Of a DNA stretch of 64,000 nucleotides, positions 23,509-35,719 are shown one piece after another. The DNA comes from Epiperipatus broadwayi (taxonomy: Eukaryota; Animalia; Onychophora): positions 310,001 through 374,000 of the forward strand of contig JAQFVV010000002.1 of the NCBI GenBank assembly GCA_028023455.1, read 5' to 3'. Each line of letters starts with the position of its first letter. The stretch's first letter is position 1. The notes beneath the pieces are model-generated. The model ran no database searches. It saw only the letters and a list, made by a program, of their open reading frames with translations, and was not told the DNA's origin. A program made the position numbers and the translations under genes.

Positions 23509-25772
23509 AATCTTGTAATTAAATATTAATGAATACAATAACATAAATATATATAAAGTACAACTTTAAAACCTTTTTTTTTCACGTGTCAAATGTGTTG
23601 ACCGGGAAGCGAACCCAGGCCAGCTTCTTGGAAGGTAGCTATGCTAACCACTAGGCCTCCAACACTTGACAACTTTAAAAACTTTACTCACCTAGTAGTT
23701 CTTTTGACTATCTTCATAGTCTTTTGTCAACTAACACATTCTTTTTTAAGATATCTTCAAACACGCTTTTAAAGTCTAGTCTTCCCCCAATTCATTAATT
23801 TAATCATTTACCGTCTGTTTAGTTATTAAGTCATGTGTATATTTATGTATTAACATATTTTCCTTTATTTTTCTTTTACTACTGTTTTTTTTTTTCAATT
23901 TGTAATATTTTCACATTATTATAGCCAAAATTAAACCTATATACACACATAATCTATTATAATCATAAATAACACGTTGAAACATTATCATTTCCATTAC
24001 AATTTTGTTTAGTTTTTTTGCACTCTTTTTAATAGCTGCAAGTGTTCTTTAGTTCTTTTTCCCTATGTACATCCTGATTCTCCTACATATTCATTATCTT
24101 ATTTATATCTCCATTTATATAGGATGCAATTTTGATTTACAAATGAGGTTTTAGTTTTTGAATTATTTATTGTTTTATTTAATTCAGGAGGTACATAAAA
24201 TGCAATTTCACATATATCTTTATAAATCTCCCTTACAAAATTCACGTGTTCATTTGAAATATATGGTATCGAGATCCATATTTTTTTAATTCTTATTAGA
24301 ATCAACCTTATTAGTTAGATCTTTATTTTTATATTTCCTATTAAATTTTTAATAATATTATATCTCAGATGATAATTATATCCATCATTTAATAATTCCT
24401 TCGTATAAATTTCAACATATTTGCATTTATCCTATGTATAATTACAAAGATTGTTGTTTCTAAACAAAAAGGACTTCAAAACTGCTGTTTTACGTCATAA
24501 ATGTTTATGTGTTAAATATTGATAAGAACATTTATGCAGTTTTTAATAATAATTTCTATAGAATGAATAATGTTTTGGCCAATGGGTCTACCTTCAGTTG
24601 CTCAAATATGCAATTTTGTAATTTTAATATATGAAGAATTTATTTTGAAAAAGGAAATTTATCAAAAAAATATTACTGTATATTATAGATATGTGGATGA
24701 GATATTTTTAAGCCACATATTATTAAAAGATTGTTTAAGGAATTAAATAATTTAGATAATTTAAAATGTATCAAAATGGATGAAAACTCAATGTGTGTTA
24801 AGTTTCTTGATCTTAAGATAACTAGAAACAGATGCAAGGTAGATTAATGTATGATGATAAAAGCAATAGAAGAATGAGGGTACAATCTATATAAGACTAT
24901 GTTGCCAATATCATATAAAACAGCAGGTTTGAAATTTATTTTATTTAGAAACAATAATCTTTGTAAGTATACATTGGATAAAGGCAAAAATATTGAAATT
25001 TATATGAATGAATTATTAATTGTTGGATATAATTATCATCTGGTATATAATACTATTAAAAATTTTAATAGGAAATATAAAAAATAAAGATGTAACTAAT
25101 AAGGTCGATTCTGATAAGAATAAAAAAATAGGATATCAATATCATATATTTCAAATGAACAAGTGAATTTTATAAGGAAAATATATAAAGATATATGTGA
25201 AATTGCATTTTATGTAGCTCCTGGATTAAATAAAATAATAAATAATTCAAAAGCTAAAACCTCATTCATAAATCATAATTGCATCATATACAAATGGAGA
25301 TGTAAATGTGGTAGTGGATATGTAGGGGAATCAAGATGTACTTGGAGAAAAGAATTAAAGAACACTTGCAGTTATTAAAAAGAGTGCAAGAAACAAAACA
25401 CAATTGTAATTGAAATGATAACATTTCAATGTCATTTTTTATTATCATAATAGATTATGTATATATGTTTTTAATTTTGACTATAATAATGTAAAAATAT
25501 TACAAATTGAAAGGAACAATAATAAAAGGAAAATAAAGAAAGCTATGTTAATATATAAATTTAAGCATGACTTAATAAGTAGACAAGCAGAAAATCTTAA
25601 AATTAATGATTTGGGGGAAAAGTATGTTTGAGGATACCTTAAAAAATAATTAGTGTTAGTTAACAAAGACTACAAAGATGGTTGAAAGTGCTACTAGGTT
25701 AATAAAAAATTTTAAAGTTGTTCTTTATATATATTTATGTTACTGTATTTATTAATATTTAATTACAAGATT
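23509..25772 (+). mobile_element. 5'-truncated PLE (RT to GIY-YIG to 3' end, 24500-25772) with an inverted copy of its 3' ~870 bp at 23509-24499
   Basis: AMGLPS (~24580), YYRYVDEIF (24681-24707), KFLDL (~24800) and CIIYKWRCKCGSGYVGESR (GIY-YIG). ORF 24099-24305(-) is a homologue of ORF 25163-25378(+). Arms 23509-24499 / 24909-25772. Confidence 0.9.
23572..23669 (-). mobile_element. tRNA-Gly-derived SINE, subfamily 1
   Basis: Same tRNA-Gly body and poly-A tail as the 4.2 kb copy. Perfect 11-bp TSD CAACTTTAAAA (23561-23571 / 23670-23680). The empty site is present in the opposite arm (~25710). Confidence 0.9.
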
Positions 25773-25883
25773 TTATATATATATAAAATTAAGAGCGTGC
25801 TAATAACTCTAAACAAGCTTTTTTTTTTATTTATGATAAATGCTACTACAAGAGAAGGCATTCAAATCATTTTTATCTTGGAT

Positions 25884-25940
25884 TGACCCCATACCCAGAC
25901 CGGTTTTGACCTATGGGTCTCTTCAGTGAGGAGTTGGGAC
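25884..25940 (-). ncRNA. Type-I HHR (family C), GAAA mutated to AAAA
   Basis: The minus strand reads GUCCCAACUCCUCA-CUGAAGA-GACC-caua-GGUC-AAAA-CCGG-UC-UGGGUAUGGGGUC; the change is at 25907. Confidence 0.8.
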
Positions 25941-26310
25941 ATTAGATCTAAAAAACCAACTCAAGCAAAGCATTTATCTAAAAGATAATTGTTAGAAGAA
26001 GATCTGAAACTTTTAGACATCTACATGTCTTTAAAGTCAGCTCTCCAACTGAAAAAATCATATGAGCCTGAACTTAATTCAGATACTCCATATATTAGTA
26101 GGCTTAGCTCTTTAATTTAGCTAAAGCCACAACAGCAAAATAATAATAGTAATAATAACAAGTCAGATGTCACATGACTTATATATAGCTTGCACTTACA
26201 AATATGTAAAATTAAGAGCATGCTAATAACTCTAAACAAGCTTTTTTTTTTTTTTATTTATGATAAATGCTACTACAAGAGAAGGCATTCAAATCATTTT
26301 TATCTTGGAT

Positions 26311-26359
26311 TGTCCCCATCCCCAGACCGGTTTCGACCTATGGGTCTCTTCAGTTGGAG
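26311..26359 (-). ncRNA. Type-I HHR (family C), intact core, altered 5' strand of stem I
   Basis: The minus strand reads CUCCAA-CUGAAGA-GACC-caua-GGUC-GAAA-CCGG-UC-UGGGGAUGGGGACA. Confidence 0.8.
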
Positions 26360-26460
26360 AGCTGACTTTAAAGACATGTAGATGTCTAAAAGTTTCAGAT
26401 CTTCTTCTAACAATTATCTTTTAGATAAATGCTTTGCTTGAGTTGGTTTTTTAGATCTAA

Positions 26461-26518
26461 TGTCCCAACTCCTAACTGAAGAGACCCATAGGTCGAAACC
26501 GGTCTGGGGATGGGGACA
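26461..26518 (+). ncRNA. Type-I minimal HHR (family C), intact core
   Basis: CUGAAGA at 26476-26482; stem II GACC-caua-GGUC; GAAA at 26495-26498; palindromic CCGG stem III; GUC cleavage (C26504); stem I UCCUAA / UGGGGA (one mismatch) extended by UGUCCC / GGGACA. Confidence 0.88.
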
Positions 26519-27252
26519 ATCCAAGATAAAAATGATTTGAATGCCTTCTCTTGTAGTAGCATTTATCATAAATAAAAAAAAGCTTGTTTAGAGTTATTAG
26601 CATGCTCTTAATTTTACATATTTGTAAGTGCAAGCTATATATAAGTCATGTGACATCTGACTTGTTATTATTACTATATATATATATATATATATAGTAA
26701 ATGAGAAAAGGGGGGAACAAAATATTAAAAGTCATATGTTATATCTAAGGGGCATAAACTATATAAGCTCAGCTAAGCTATACAAGAAGAGAGATAATAA
26801 AACTAAGGGGACATGGATCTGCAAAAATATACTAAATGCCAAAAATTGTAAATGAGAGAGAATTGTTAGAAAAAAAGGAAATCCCCATTTTTTTATTTAA
26901 ACAGATCTCGCAATACTATAAGATCAATCGGGAAGATATCTTCATTCAGGAAATGCTCACGAGGTTAATAAAATGAAATAAAGGAATGAAAATATAGAAG
27001 ATTGAAAAGAATTAATGAAAAACAATTAATAATTAACTGTTATAAATGAAAGATAAATAAGCCTAAAGAATGGAAAGATGAGAATTTATTATGATAATGA
27101 ATGGGTAATTTTATAATGAAATATAAATCAAGAAATGAGGAATATATTATAATGATCAAATAAAATAAAATAGTGACAAAGATAAAAGGAAATATTAGAC
27201 AAGGATTAATTATTACAGCAATGGTGATGATCATGAATATGATTATGAAGTA

Positions 27253-27770
27253 TTAATTTGGTGTTGTAAAAACATTGGATTCTAAATTTAAGTAATCGAG
27301 GAATGGGTTTAAATCTTTGGGTGTAATAATAAGAGATTTAGATAATGTGTACAAGGTGAATAAAGAACTAACATTTGACAAGTAAAATCTAAATTTCAAA
27401 TTATTCATCAATGATTTTTCAGGGTTCACATGAATTTTAGAATACAAAAGTTTATAATGTATATCTGGATCAGCAAGAGGGATTTTACTGCTATCCAGAT
27501 ACATAAAATTTAAATAGATATAATAAACTTCTCCATACTTCCCCATTCTTTTTAAATACATATAAATAAAGATATAATAAACGACAAATGTCCCCCAAGA
27601 TGCATTTCGTGCTGAACCAGTACTCATCAGTTGGCCCAGGTCACAATCTCTCACATACATCTTTATTATATGCAAAGTATTTATCTAGAGTAAATTGTTC
27701 CATTTTCATTTACCAGTGTCAAACTCCCTCCACTCACAACTTTGACGCCATCCATTTCAGATAAATACAC
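27253..27770 (-). mobile_element. Family-B PLE pseudo-LTR with downstream possible 5' ORF region
   Basis: Similar to 13320-13490. A 140-aa open frame runs through and beyond the HHR; I cannot assign its function. Confidence 0.55.
27595..27634 (-). ncRNA. Type-I minimal HHR (family B), intact core
   Basis: CCAA-CUGAUGA-GUACU-gguuc-AGCAC-GAAA-UGCA-UC-UUGG; palindromic UGCA stem III, AUC cleavage triplet, one A.C mismatch in stem II. Confidence 0.85.
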
Positions 27771-29785
27771 TAATGATTATTACTAATCATTTTCGAAACT
27801 AGAGATTATCTCCAGCACAGTTATAAACTTTAAACCTCAAAATTTAAAATGAATCAGACAAAAATGAATTACTAATATATATATATATAATTCATTTTAC
27901 TAATGATAATAAAGATAAAACTTTAATTTTATTATAACTATATAATATGTTGATCATAATCACAATAATAAGATTAAAACAATAATAGCGTCATCCAAGA
28001 ATATCTTTGATAAGCATGACCAAGTTTAATGAATGATTATGTCTTATAAATTATTAAAATATTATATTTTTAAAATCAAATATTTTATTATGAAGCTATC
28101 ACTTTAAAAACAGCATTCATGCATGATACCAACAATATTTATAGTCACTCATCAGTGTGATATTATACACTCTAAAATGTAAACGTTTAATAGAATTTAT
28201 TAATGATATACTGAATAATAATAATAACAAAACTAATTATATTAAGTAGTGATGATGATGTCGATGATGGCAATAACAATTATGTTGATAGTGTCTAGCA
28301 ATAGCAGGAAGGTGACCAACAACTCACTAAATTTCAAAACAAATTTATTTACAGCTAATATTTATAAACATACTCACACACAAATCTTTTATTATGTTAA
28401 AAAGAAATATATATATATATATATATACAAAAAAATTTATTATAATGAATCTAAAATTAGCAAAAGATCTACTTGGATCTGATCAAAATCATAATATATC
28501 ATTGCATTTTAACATATTTATTATTTTTACTTACTATCTTATTTCACACTTTCCTGTCATATTACAATTTACTAATTTTGAATTCATCATGTATTAGTTT
28601 ATTAAATTTTTTATACCAAAATAAAATACAAATGTTATGATCATGAGGTTACAATTTAATTAATGGTAAACCAACAACATTCAGATGATGAATGTTTTTA
28701 ATACATCAATTGTTATGTCTAATTCATCATGTTTAAAAGATTAAGCAATTTCCCAAGTTTACCAACTTTGGAGGTTAGATTGGTAATGTTTTTTTACTCT
28801 ATCTAAAATTAGCATGGTAGCATTGTAAATCTATAATTTGTTACTTAATAATCTACCATGAAACTTTTCTGTAATATGGTTGATAATTTTAATCTATTAG
28901 CAACTTAATTAAGATCAGTAAACTTTAAATATAGCATATACATTTTATATCACCTTGAGTCAATATGAAACTAGCAAAATAATATAGTATTATAAATCAG
29001 TACTCAACATTAACATTATCATATTCGATATACTCATCTGTTTAGTGCTGACACAATTCTGATCTATCTCATACTTTACTCAGGATGGTTTTATTGCAAC
29101 AACCTGTTAAACCATCAGGGACTGATGAGATAAAATTTGATGCCACATGCAAGACAGATAAGTAAGTAGCCTAGACCACAGTCATTTCATTGACTAAAGA
29201 TGGTCTAATATCCAGATGCCACTATTTGGAACACTCATAAAAATATAGAGAGGACGGGGTGGTTAATCCTTTATTTGAAAATACACAAAATTATTGGCAA
29301 AACAGTATAAGCCTTGATGAGGTCAAAGTCCATGGAAATCTATGTGATTCACCCAAGATAATGACTTAATACTTCCACATAGGGTGAAGAGACATACACC
29401 CTAATGTGAGATGATCTGGTTAAAAAACTAATAATAAGCATAACATATCAGGTCCCAATCAGCCAACACAGCAATAATTAAAATCCTAAAATTAACACTG
29501 TTTACATTACAAATGTAAACACCAACACATGAAACTAATCATAGTTCAATAAGTAGAAATTAACATAGCAATTATTGACTCAAAAACAATTCATAATGAG
29601 CAACAACAATCAGTAATATACCAGTTACATAATGCAACACATCAGCAAATATTTAATATAACCAAATTCAATAAACGTAAAATTTTTGCCTTTTTATGAT
29701 CTTTGACAATGGCATCTTTACCAATTAAACAAACAAAAAAAATAAAATGACATAATAAAGTCTATAAGCAATCTTAACTACTTAC

Positions 29786-30230
29786 CTTTCTTGTGATCAG
29801 ATTTAACTTAATTATATGCTTTTAAATACCTGTTACTTTGGATCCTTTATTTTATTAGCAAGTCGACTGCTTAGAACCATTAACACCAAATACACACAAG
29901 ATTATAATAAAATACATAATAATAAAAAAATATTAACTAAGATTTCTTCACATATTTTCAGTAAAGAAAAGGAAACTTGAATTTCACACTTTTATCTGCA
30001 CAATTATTCTTGAAACCTTTATAATTTTCTTTGCTTTAAAATTAATACCATAAATACGTTAATGATTATTACTGCTTTTTCTTCTCTGTAAATATCAAGA
30101 TTAAATTATTTCGTCCTTCCTGTAGCTACACCAATCGAATCACAGAAAATTGTCAACATCTGTTTTCAATATCAAATATTTGTCACACTTTGAAAACTAT
30201 CTTCTAAGTAATCGTCAATATATTTTTACC
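29786..30230 (-). promoter_or_regulatory. Candidate minus-strand promoter and first exon
   Basis: CpG cluster at 30.05-30.22 kb with CCAATC (~30131). Perfect minus-strand donor GAAAG|GTAAGT at 29786/29785. No coding frame assigned. Confidence 0.35.
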
Positions 30231-32214
30231 AGTTATCATAAATATTTAAAGTAATTATCTTGAATATATTTTAAGGAAATCAAAGATTTTAGATGCTCCA
30301 AATATACAGTGATTAATCAAATATTACTAATTATAGAAGAATTAACAACATTTAAGCTAATTATTATTTTTTTTAAAAAAAAAAAAAGAAGAAAATGCAA
30401 ACATTATAAGATTAAGACTCGTTTTAAAGTACTATTGCTGTATAAAGTTATATAATTCCAGGTTTCAATTTAACTATTCTGTAAATAATATTTGTACTTT
30501 TATTTTTATATAACATTAATATTATAATGAATTACCAATCTTGAATTAAAGTGAACTTAAAGATAATATTGGCGGATAGTGTTATTTTATTTAAGAGGTT
30601 TGATAATTTTACTACAGTTTAATAAAAGTCATATCCAGTTTTCTTGTAAATTCAGGTAATTTATAATTTTTCATATTAATAATTTAGATAAAATTAATTT
30701 CCAATAACTATAACATAATTAGTCTATTCATTCATTATGAATGGAACTTAGAATACATGAGTCAGTATTACTAATTTAAACATAATTAATAATTTTAATT
30801 ATTTCCCTGCATTCAATACATTAAGTAGAAGTCAATAGCAGATATACTTAATTTAAAATAGCATTCGTTTTAATGAAGGTGTTGTTATAAATTTACAAGA
30901 AAAGTTATTTTAGCAATTAAAATTACATAAATTTTAATATAGTCAGCAAATAACTTTCTCCTAGTATGAAAAGTTCCAAAATTTATTTCAATGTTGACTT
31001 CAAAATTACCATGCTAACATTTATTATTTATTTTATGTTTTTTTTTTTTATAATTAGCATAATTATAAGGCAATTTAGGAAAATTAATGTTTACAAATTT
31101 CTTGAACTGCTTCTGGTTGTACTTAATAATTGGTAGCCATTCTTGCTTGCTGCATTCTTGGTCTTATTAGTGAATTTAAGCTTTCAAACTATGTTTGGGT
31201 CCTAACGCCACTCTTTGTGAATGAGGGTATTTGAATTCTCACTCCATGCTTTATGAAGTATCTGCAATAAATGCTTTATATATATTTTTTATAGAAAATA
31301 ATAAGTTTTAAATAAATTTGCACACTTTTAAATGATGGATAAGTTTTTTTGACAGATGGAAATGATCTCCTTGTTGACTTGAATTAATCCCCTTGTTGAC
31401 TTGAAATAATTAATTCCTCTCTCCAAGTTTTTTCAGGCTAATTTATAGACATTTTAATTAAGGGCTGATTGCAAATCAGTAAACCAATCAGATTCTTTAA
31501 TTATCATTGGAGATATTTGCTAAAAATAGCATCTCCATCTTTTGACTTTGAGCATAATTAATTGAAACCTTTATTAATAAATTAGAAAACAATAAAGACA
31601 TATATTTAATTACTAATTATATTGTTTGGTTTAAAATAATTCTCATTTTAAGTTTGTTTTTAAACTATTGCTTAACAGTAAAATATTAAAATAATTGTGT
31701 TTTATTTAAGACAATATTAAATTACTATGCTATATCAATATTTTAATTATAAATGTTAAACTACTTTATCTATCAAGTCATAAGTGAGCATACCCACACA
31801 CAACTTGGCAGAAAAATTGGCTTAGAGAAATAAATTAAGTTTCCCTGTCTTCATCTAATAAAAATAAATAAACATTAGACCACACCATTGATTCAAACAA
31901 CTAATTCTAACAATTAATATTACAGTTTGATGAAATTTAAAATTTTAATTCACTAATTGATAAAACAGTACTTGATCAAGATCAAGCCTGACAATAAAGT
32001 TATAGTATATATATAAAAGAATATTAACCAATGTGATGATGATTTTATCGACAGTTTAAACTAAGTATAAATCCTCGGAAAAAATTTTGAGTTTTTTTAA
32101 TATCAATAATAAAAAAATAAAACTTTAAGATTCAAACCTTCTGAATAAAAAGTTTACTTTTGGAAATTCTATTAGTGCTCGGCATATTCCCCAGTGGATT
32201 TCATTATTTTTCAG

Positions 32215-32238
32215 AATTGTGGATTTTACTAGCATATT
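32215..32238 (+). other. Candidate 24-nt micro-exon
   Basis: TTATTTTTCAG|AATTGTGGATTTTACTAGCATATT|GTGAGT, in a CpG-retaining patch with a DRE-like GATCGATA (~32266). Confidence 0.25.
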
Positions 32239-33859
32239 GTGAGTTAAAATCATAATGTGGATTAAGATCGATAACCAAACACAAATAACTAAATAAATTA
32301 ATAAAAAAACATAACAATGAACATATAAACTGTTGCTTATATACTTGCAACTATCACTAAGTTTACAAAATATTAAATATAATAAAATAATAAAAAATAT
32401 TATAAATTTAAAGACTTATTTATCTATAATGATAAAAGCTTACCTTGTGAAATATTTAAACAGGTTCAAAACATGGTTTTCTGCAGATATCTTTTTTTTA
32501 AATATATTTATGAATGTCTTCAATACTTTCTCCAAATATAGTAGTTATTTTCCTGGTGCACTAGTATTGGTAATATTAAATAAGATATAGTGACACTAGG
32601 TCCTTGGTAGTTCTTATGGCTGTCTTTTTTCTTCATGGCATTATTAAAGCAGGCAATATCTTGTTTTAGCAAACTTCAGCATTTGTTTTTGAATCCAATT
32701 GCATTTCCAGCTGTTTGACTGGTGTGGCTTTTTGTTGTCTAGCCACATATAATAGATAGTCTTCTATTAAGTAAAGTCATCATACTTAATCTTAGAAATG
32801 ATAGAAATATATTATAAAATATCCAACAGGATGGTGAAAAACAGTTTTAACCAACAGTTTCACTCTCACTGCAACATTGCCTCTTTAGTTGAGTTTTCAG
32901 ATAAACTAGAATAAACTGGACAAGTTTTAGTTGCTTGTTTCAAACCTACTTATGCCCCATTTCTGTTATTCACACTTACTACTGGAATCAGAATGTTTTC
33001 CATTAACATATTCATCATTAGCTAGTTACAAGAATTGAAATCTGTCTCTTTATAACAGCATGTTTTTTGGAAAAAACATTTTCTTTAAAACAAGTAATTT
33101 TACAAATATTTCCAAAATTACATTGTTATTTTATAATTAAGTGAACAAAAGAAAAAAAAGTTTTTCCTCTTTTAATTTATATTTGTTATAGGAAGAAGGA
33201 AAAATCATTACCAACTTATAAAAACTGATTGATAATTTACTTATTCTTATTAAACTGTAATTTTAAATAACATATTTAGATTTGTCATCAAATTTGCTTT
33301 AAGAAATGTTTTATTTAAATTTCCATTTAGAATGCAAATCAGACAGGGGCATAAAATATTTTATAATTATATGAGCAATGCAATATGAAGATTATTTCTT
33401 CTTTCTTTCTTTATATAATACAACATTGTTATTTTATTGTTTTTTGCTTATTTTAAAGTAACTTTCCATTATAAAATGGATTAATTGCATAAACTAATTT
33501 TTCTTTAATTTTTTGCACTAGTGTATTCAAGTGACACATATAGCATATGTGCACATACACATAAGACTATTTGTACATTAACAATAAATATATGAGTTTT
33601 ATTGAACATTTCTCTTTTAATGCAGCTTTGTAAAATAACTAATTTGAGCTGCTGTCAGATTTATTCTATTACAATATTTGTATAAAAAGTATTTATTGCT
33701 TTGCTAAGTCAGACTTTCAATACAGCATATCTCTGTCAAAGCATGGTTATTGTGAATATTAGCAAATATATTAGCATAATTGCAAGTGTATAAATGTACA
33801 ATAAACTAGTAGCTATTATCATATATTTGCTTATTTGTATGTATAAATTGGCCTAGCAG

Positions 33860-34262
33860 TTGGCTATGTTATTAAAAAGTGACCAGTGCATGTTAAGAGG
33901 AATGCTATTGGCTTTTATATTTAAGAAGTTCTTAGAATTAATTCTGTGTCAAGCTTTTTTTATTTTTCATTTTTTATTATTACTTTCTAAGCAAATAATT
34001 TCATCATCAGGTTAAAAAAATGATCAGATTTTTTTTCATGGTCTACAAACACAGAATTATGAACACTATTGCATTTAGCTCTGCTATATAAATGAACATG
34101 CTGAATTATTCTTGATTTTAAGTTTGCACATGTCTCTCCATAGTATCTGATATTGCAAAATTGACAATTCAGGATGTAAAACAATTGAGCTTTATCATCA
34201 TCTTTAACATTATCTCTGATATTGTTATTAAGTCTATTCAGTGATAAGAGATATATAGTCAT
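33860..34262 (-). mobile_element. PLE GIY-YIG endonuclease remnant
   Basis: FYILNCQFCNIRYYGETCANLKSRIIQH...SVFVDHEKKSDHFF fits the PLE VY.I.C..C...Y.GET...L..R..EH...H.F pattern. Confidence 0.85.
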
Positions 34263-35719
34263 TTCTTTAAACTCAGTGATGCTAAAATTATTTATTTAAA
34301 AAATAATAAAAAAATGAAAAATGAAAGAAGTTTGGCAAATAATTGATTCTAAGAATTCCATAAATATAAGAGCCTCAATGGACAAACTTGATGCAGAGCT
34401 CACCTTTTGCACTGTTTATAAAACTAAATGCTCCCACACCAGATATGTAATTCTATTTATTTTGGTGAATCCCAAGCATCTTTAGCTACATGATTGTCAT
34501 AGCACCAAAACACATATAACAGGACATCTACCAAACCAGTTACAGCTCAGTCTCTTTTGAGCATCAAAAATTAAGTGAACATTTGTTTACTCCATCTTCA
34601 GAAACCATTCAATATATTAAGAGAGACAATTCAAGGTGAAAAATTAGGAAATCGTACTACATAGCCAATTCCACTCATGCTATTAATCATACTGATTTAT
34701 CCTTCCCCCTCTCCAGTAAGTGGGCTTTGATACTTATCAACACTCACTAATTTTACATAAATTTGAATTTTCACAAACCTATATATATATATATTTACTC
34801 TGTCACCTCACAATTTACCCCAGCTATGAATATGGGAAAACACTTAGCCTTATTTTGTTACTTTAACTGTAAAGAAAAAAACTTCTTTTCAGCTACATAT
34901 TAGCACATGACTTAATCTATTACTTTCATTGAAGCAAGATATATAATGAAATGCAAAAATAAATTTGAAAATTTGTTTTTTAATATATTTATATAATGAA
35001 GCACATGATTTTAAAAATTTACTTAAAATTACAATCTAAAAATTGTTGAACAAAGAAATATAAAAATATAATGTTGATGTTCAAAAAAATTCTAGTGACA
35101 ATTCCATATATCTGACAAATATATTCAGTGAAATGCAAAAAAAAAAGAACACTTCAACTTTGAATTTATAAAATAAAATACATGGTCTTCATATATTTAT
35201 TTATTTTTAGTCATAATCTAGAAATTATTTTATAACTACCCCCACCCTGACTTTAGAGATTGCAATACCTCTTAGATATAATTTATTATCAAATAACATA
35301 CATTCTTATGAAGCACATTATAATCAAACTGATAGCTTAAACATTATAGTTTAACAAATGCATGATCTTGAACCTATGCAATTTGATATATGTATATTTA
35401 AGAAAATACTTTGTATCTGCAACCTCAGTAGGCTTAAAATTATGCTGTTGAATTTGTGAAAATCATGATAAATGTAAAAATATGATTAAATATGTATTAA
35501 TTAAAATAAATATAAAAATGTATATTTATAATATATACAACATTAAACCTTTAACTGATACTTTTGGCTTGGTATAGCATTTAGTTGCAATGAAGCTATT
35601 AATGTAAAGGATTTTAGATAATCTTCAGATTTAATTATCAGTCACAGCTCTACTGTGCCAGCTTGCCTTGTGAATATATATGATGATTCTGTGAGCTGCT
35701 CTTTGAAAGTTTGCATCTA

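Larger units (their letters stand above)
25784..26677. mobile_element. Young HHR-bearing inverted triplication (family C pseudo-LTR)
   Basis: Palindrome 26146-26355 / 26474-26677, arms essentially identical except for poly-T length. 25784-26053 is a near-identical reverse-complement copy of ~26349-26610. Confidence 0.93.

Noticed and set aside
28240-28297. Terminal exon SDDDVDDGNNNYVDSV*
   Set aside because: Weak acceptor and explainable by GAT/AAT microsatellite sequence.
29122-29150. CTGATGA as an HHR core (also at 9834-9840, 12924, 16313, 36125, 47744)
   Set aside because: No stem II followed by GAAA and NUH downstream.
31090-31261. Minus-strand exon after a TTATTGCAG acceptor
   Set aside because: All three frames close within about 25 codons, I recognise no product, and no partner exons were found.
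34540-34605. Minus-strand CTGAAGATGGAG...GCTCAAAA as an HHR near the GIY-YIG remnant
   Set aside because: No convincing stem II, III or I pairing by eye.
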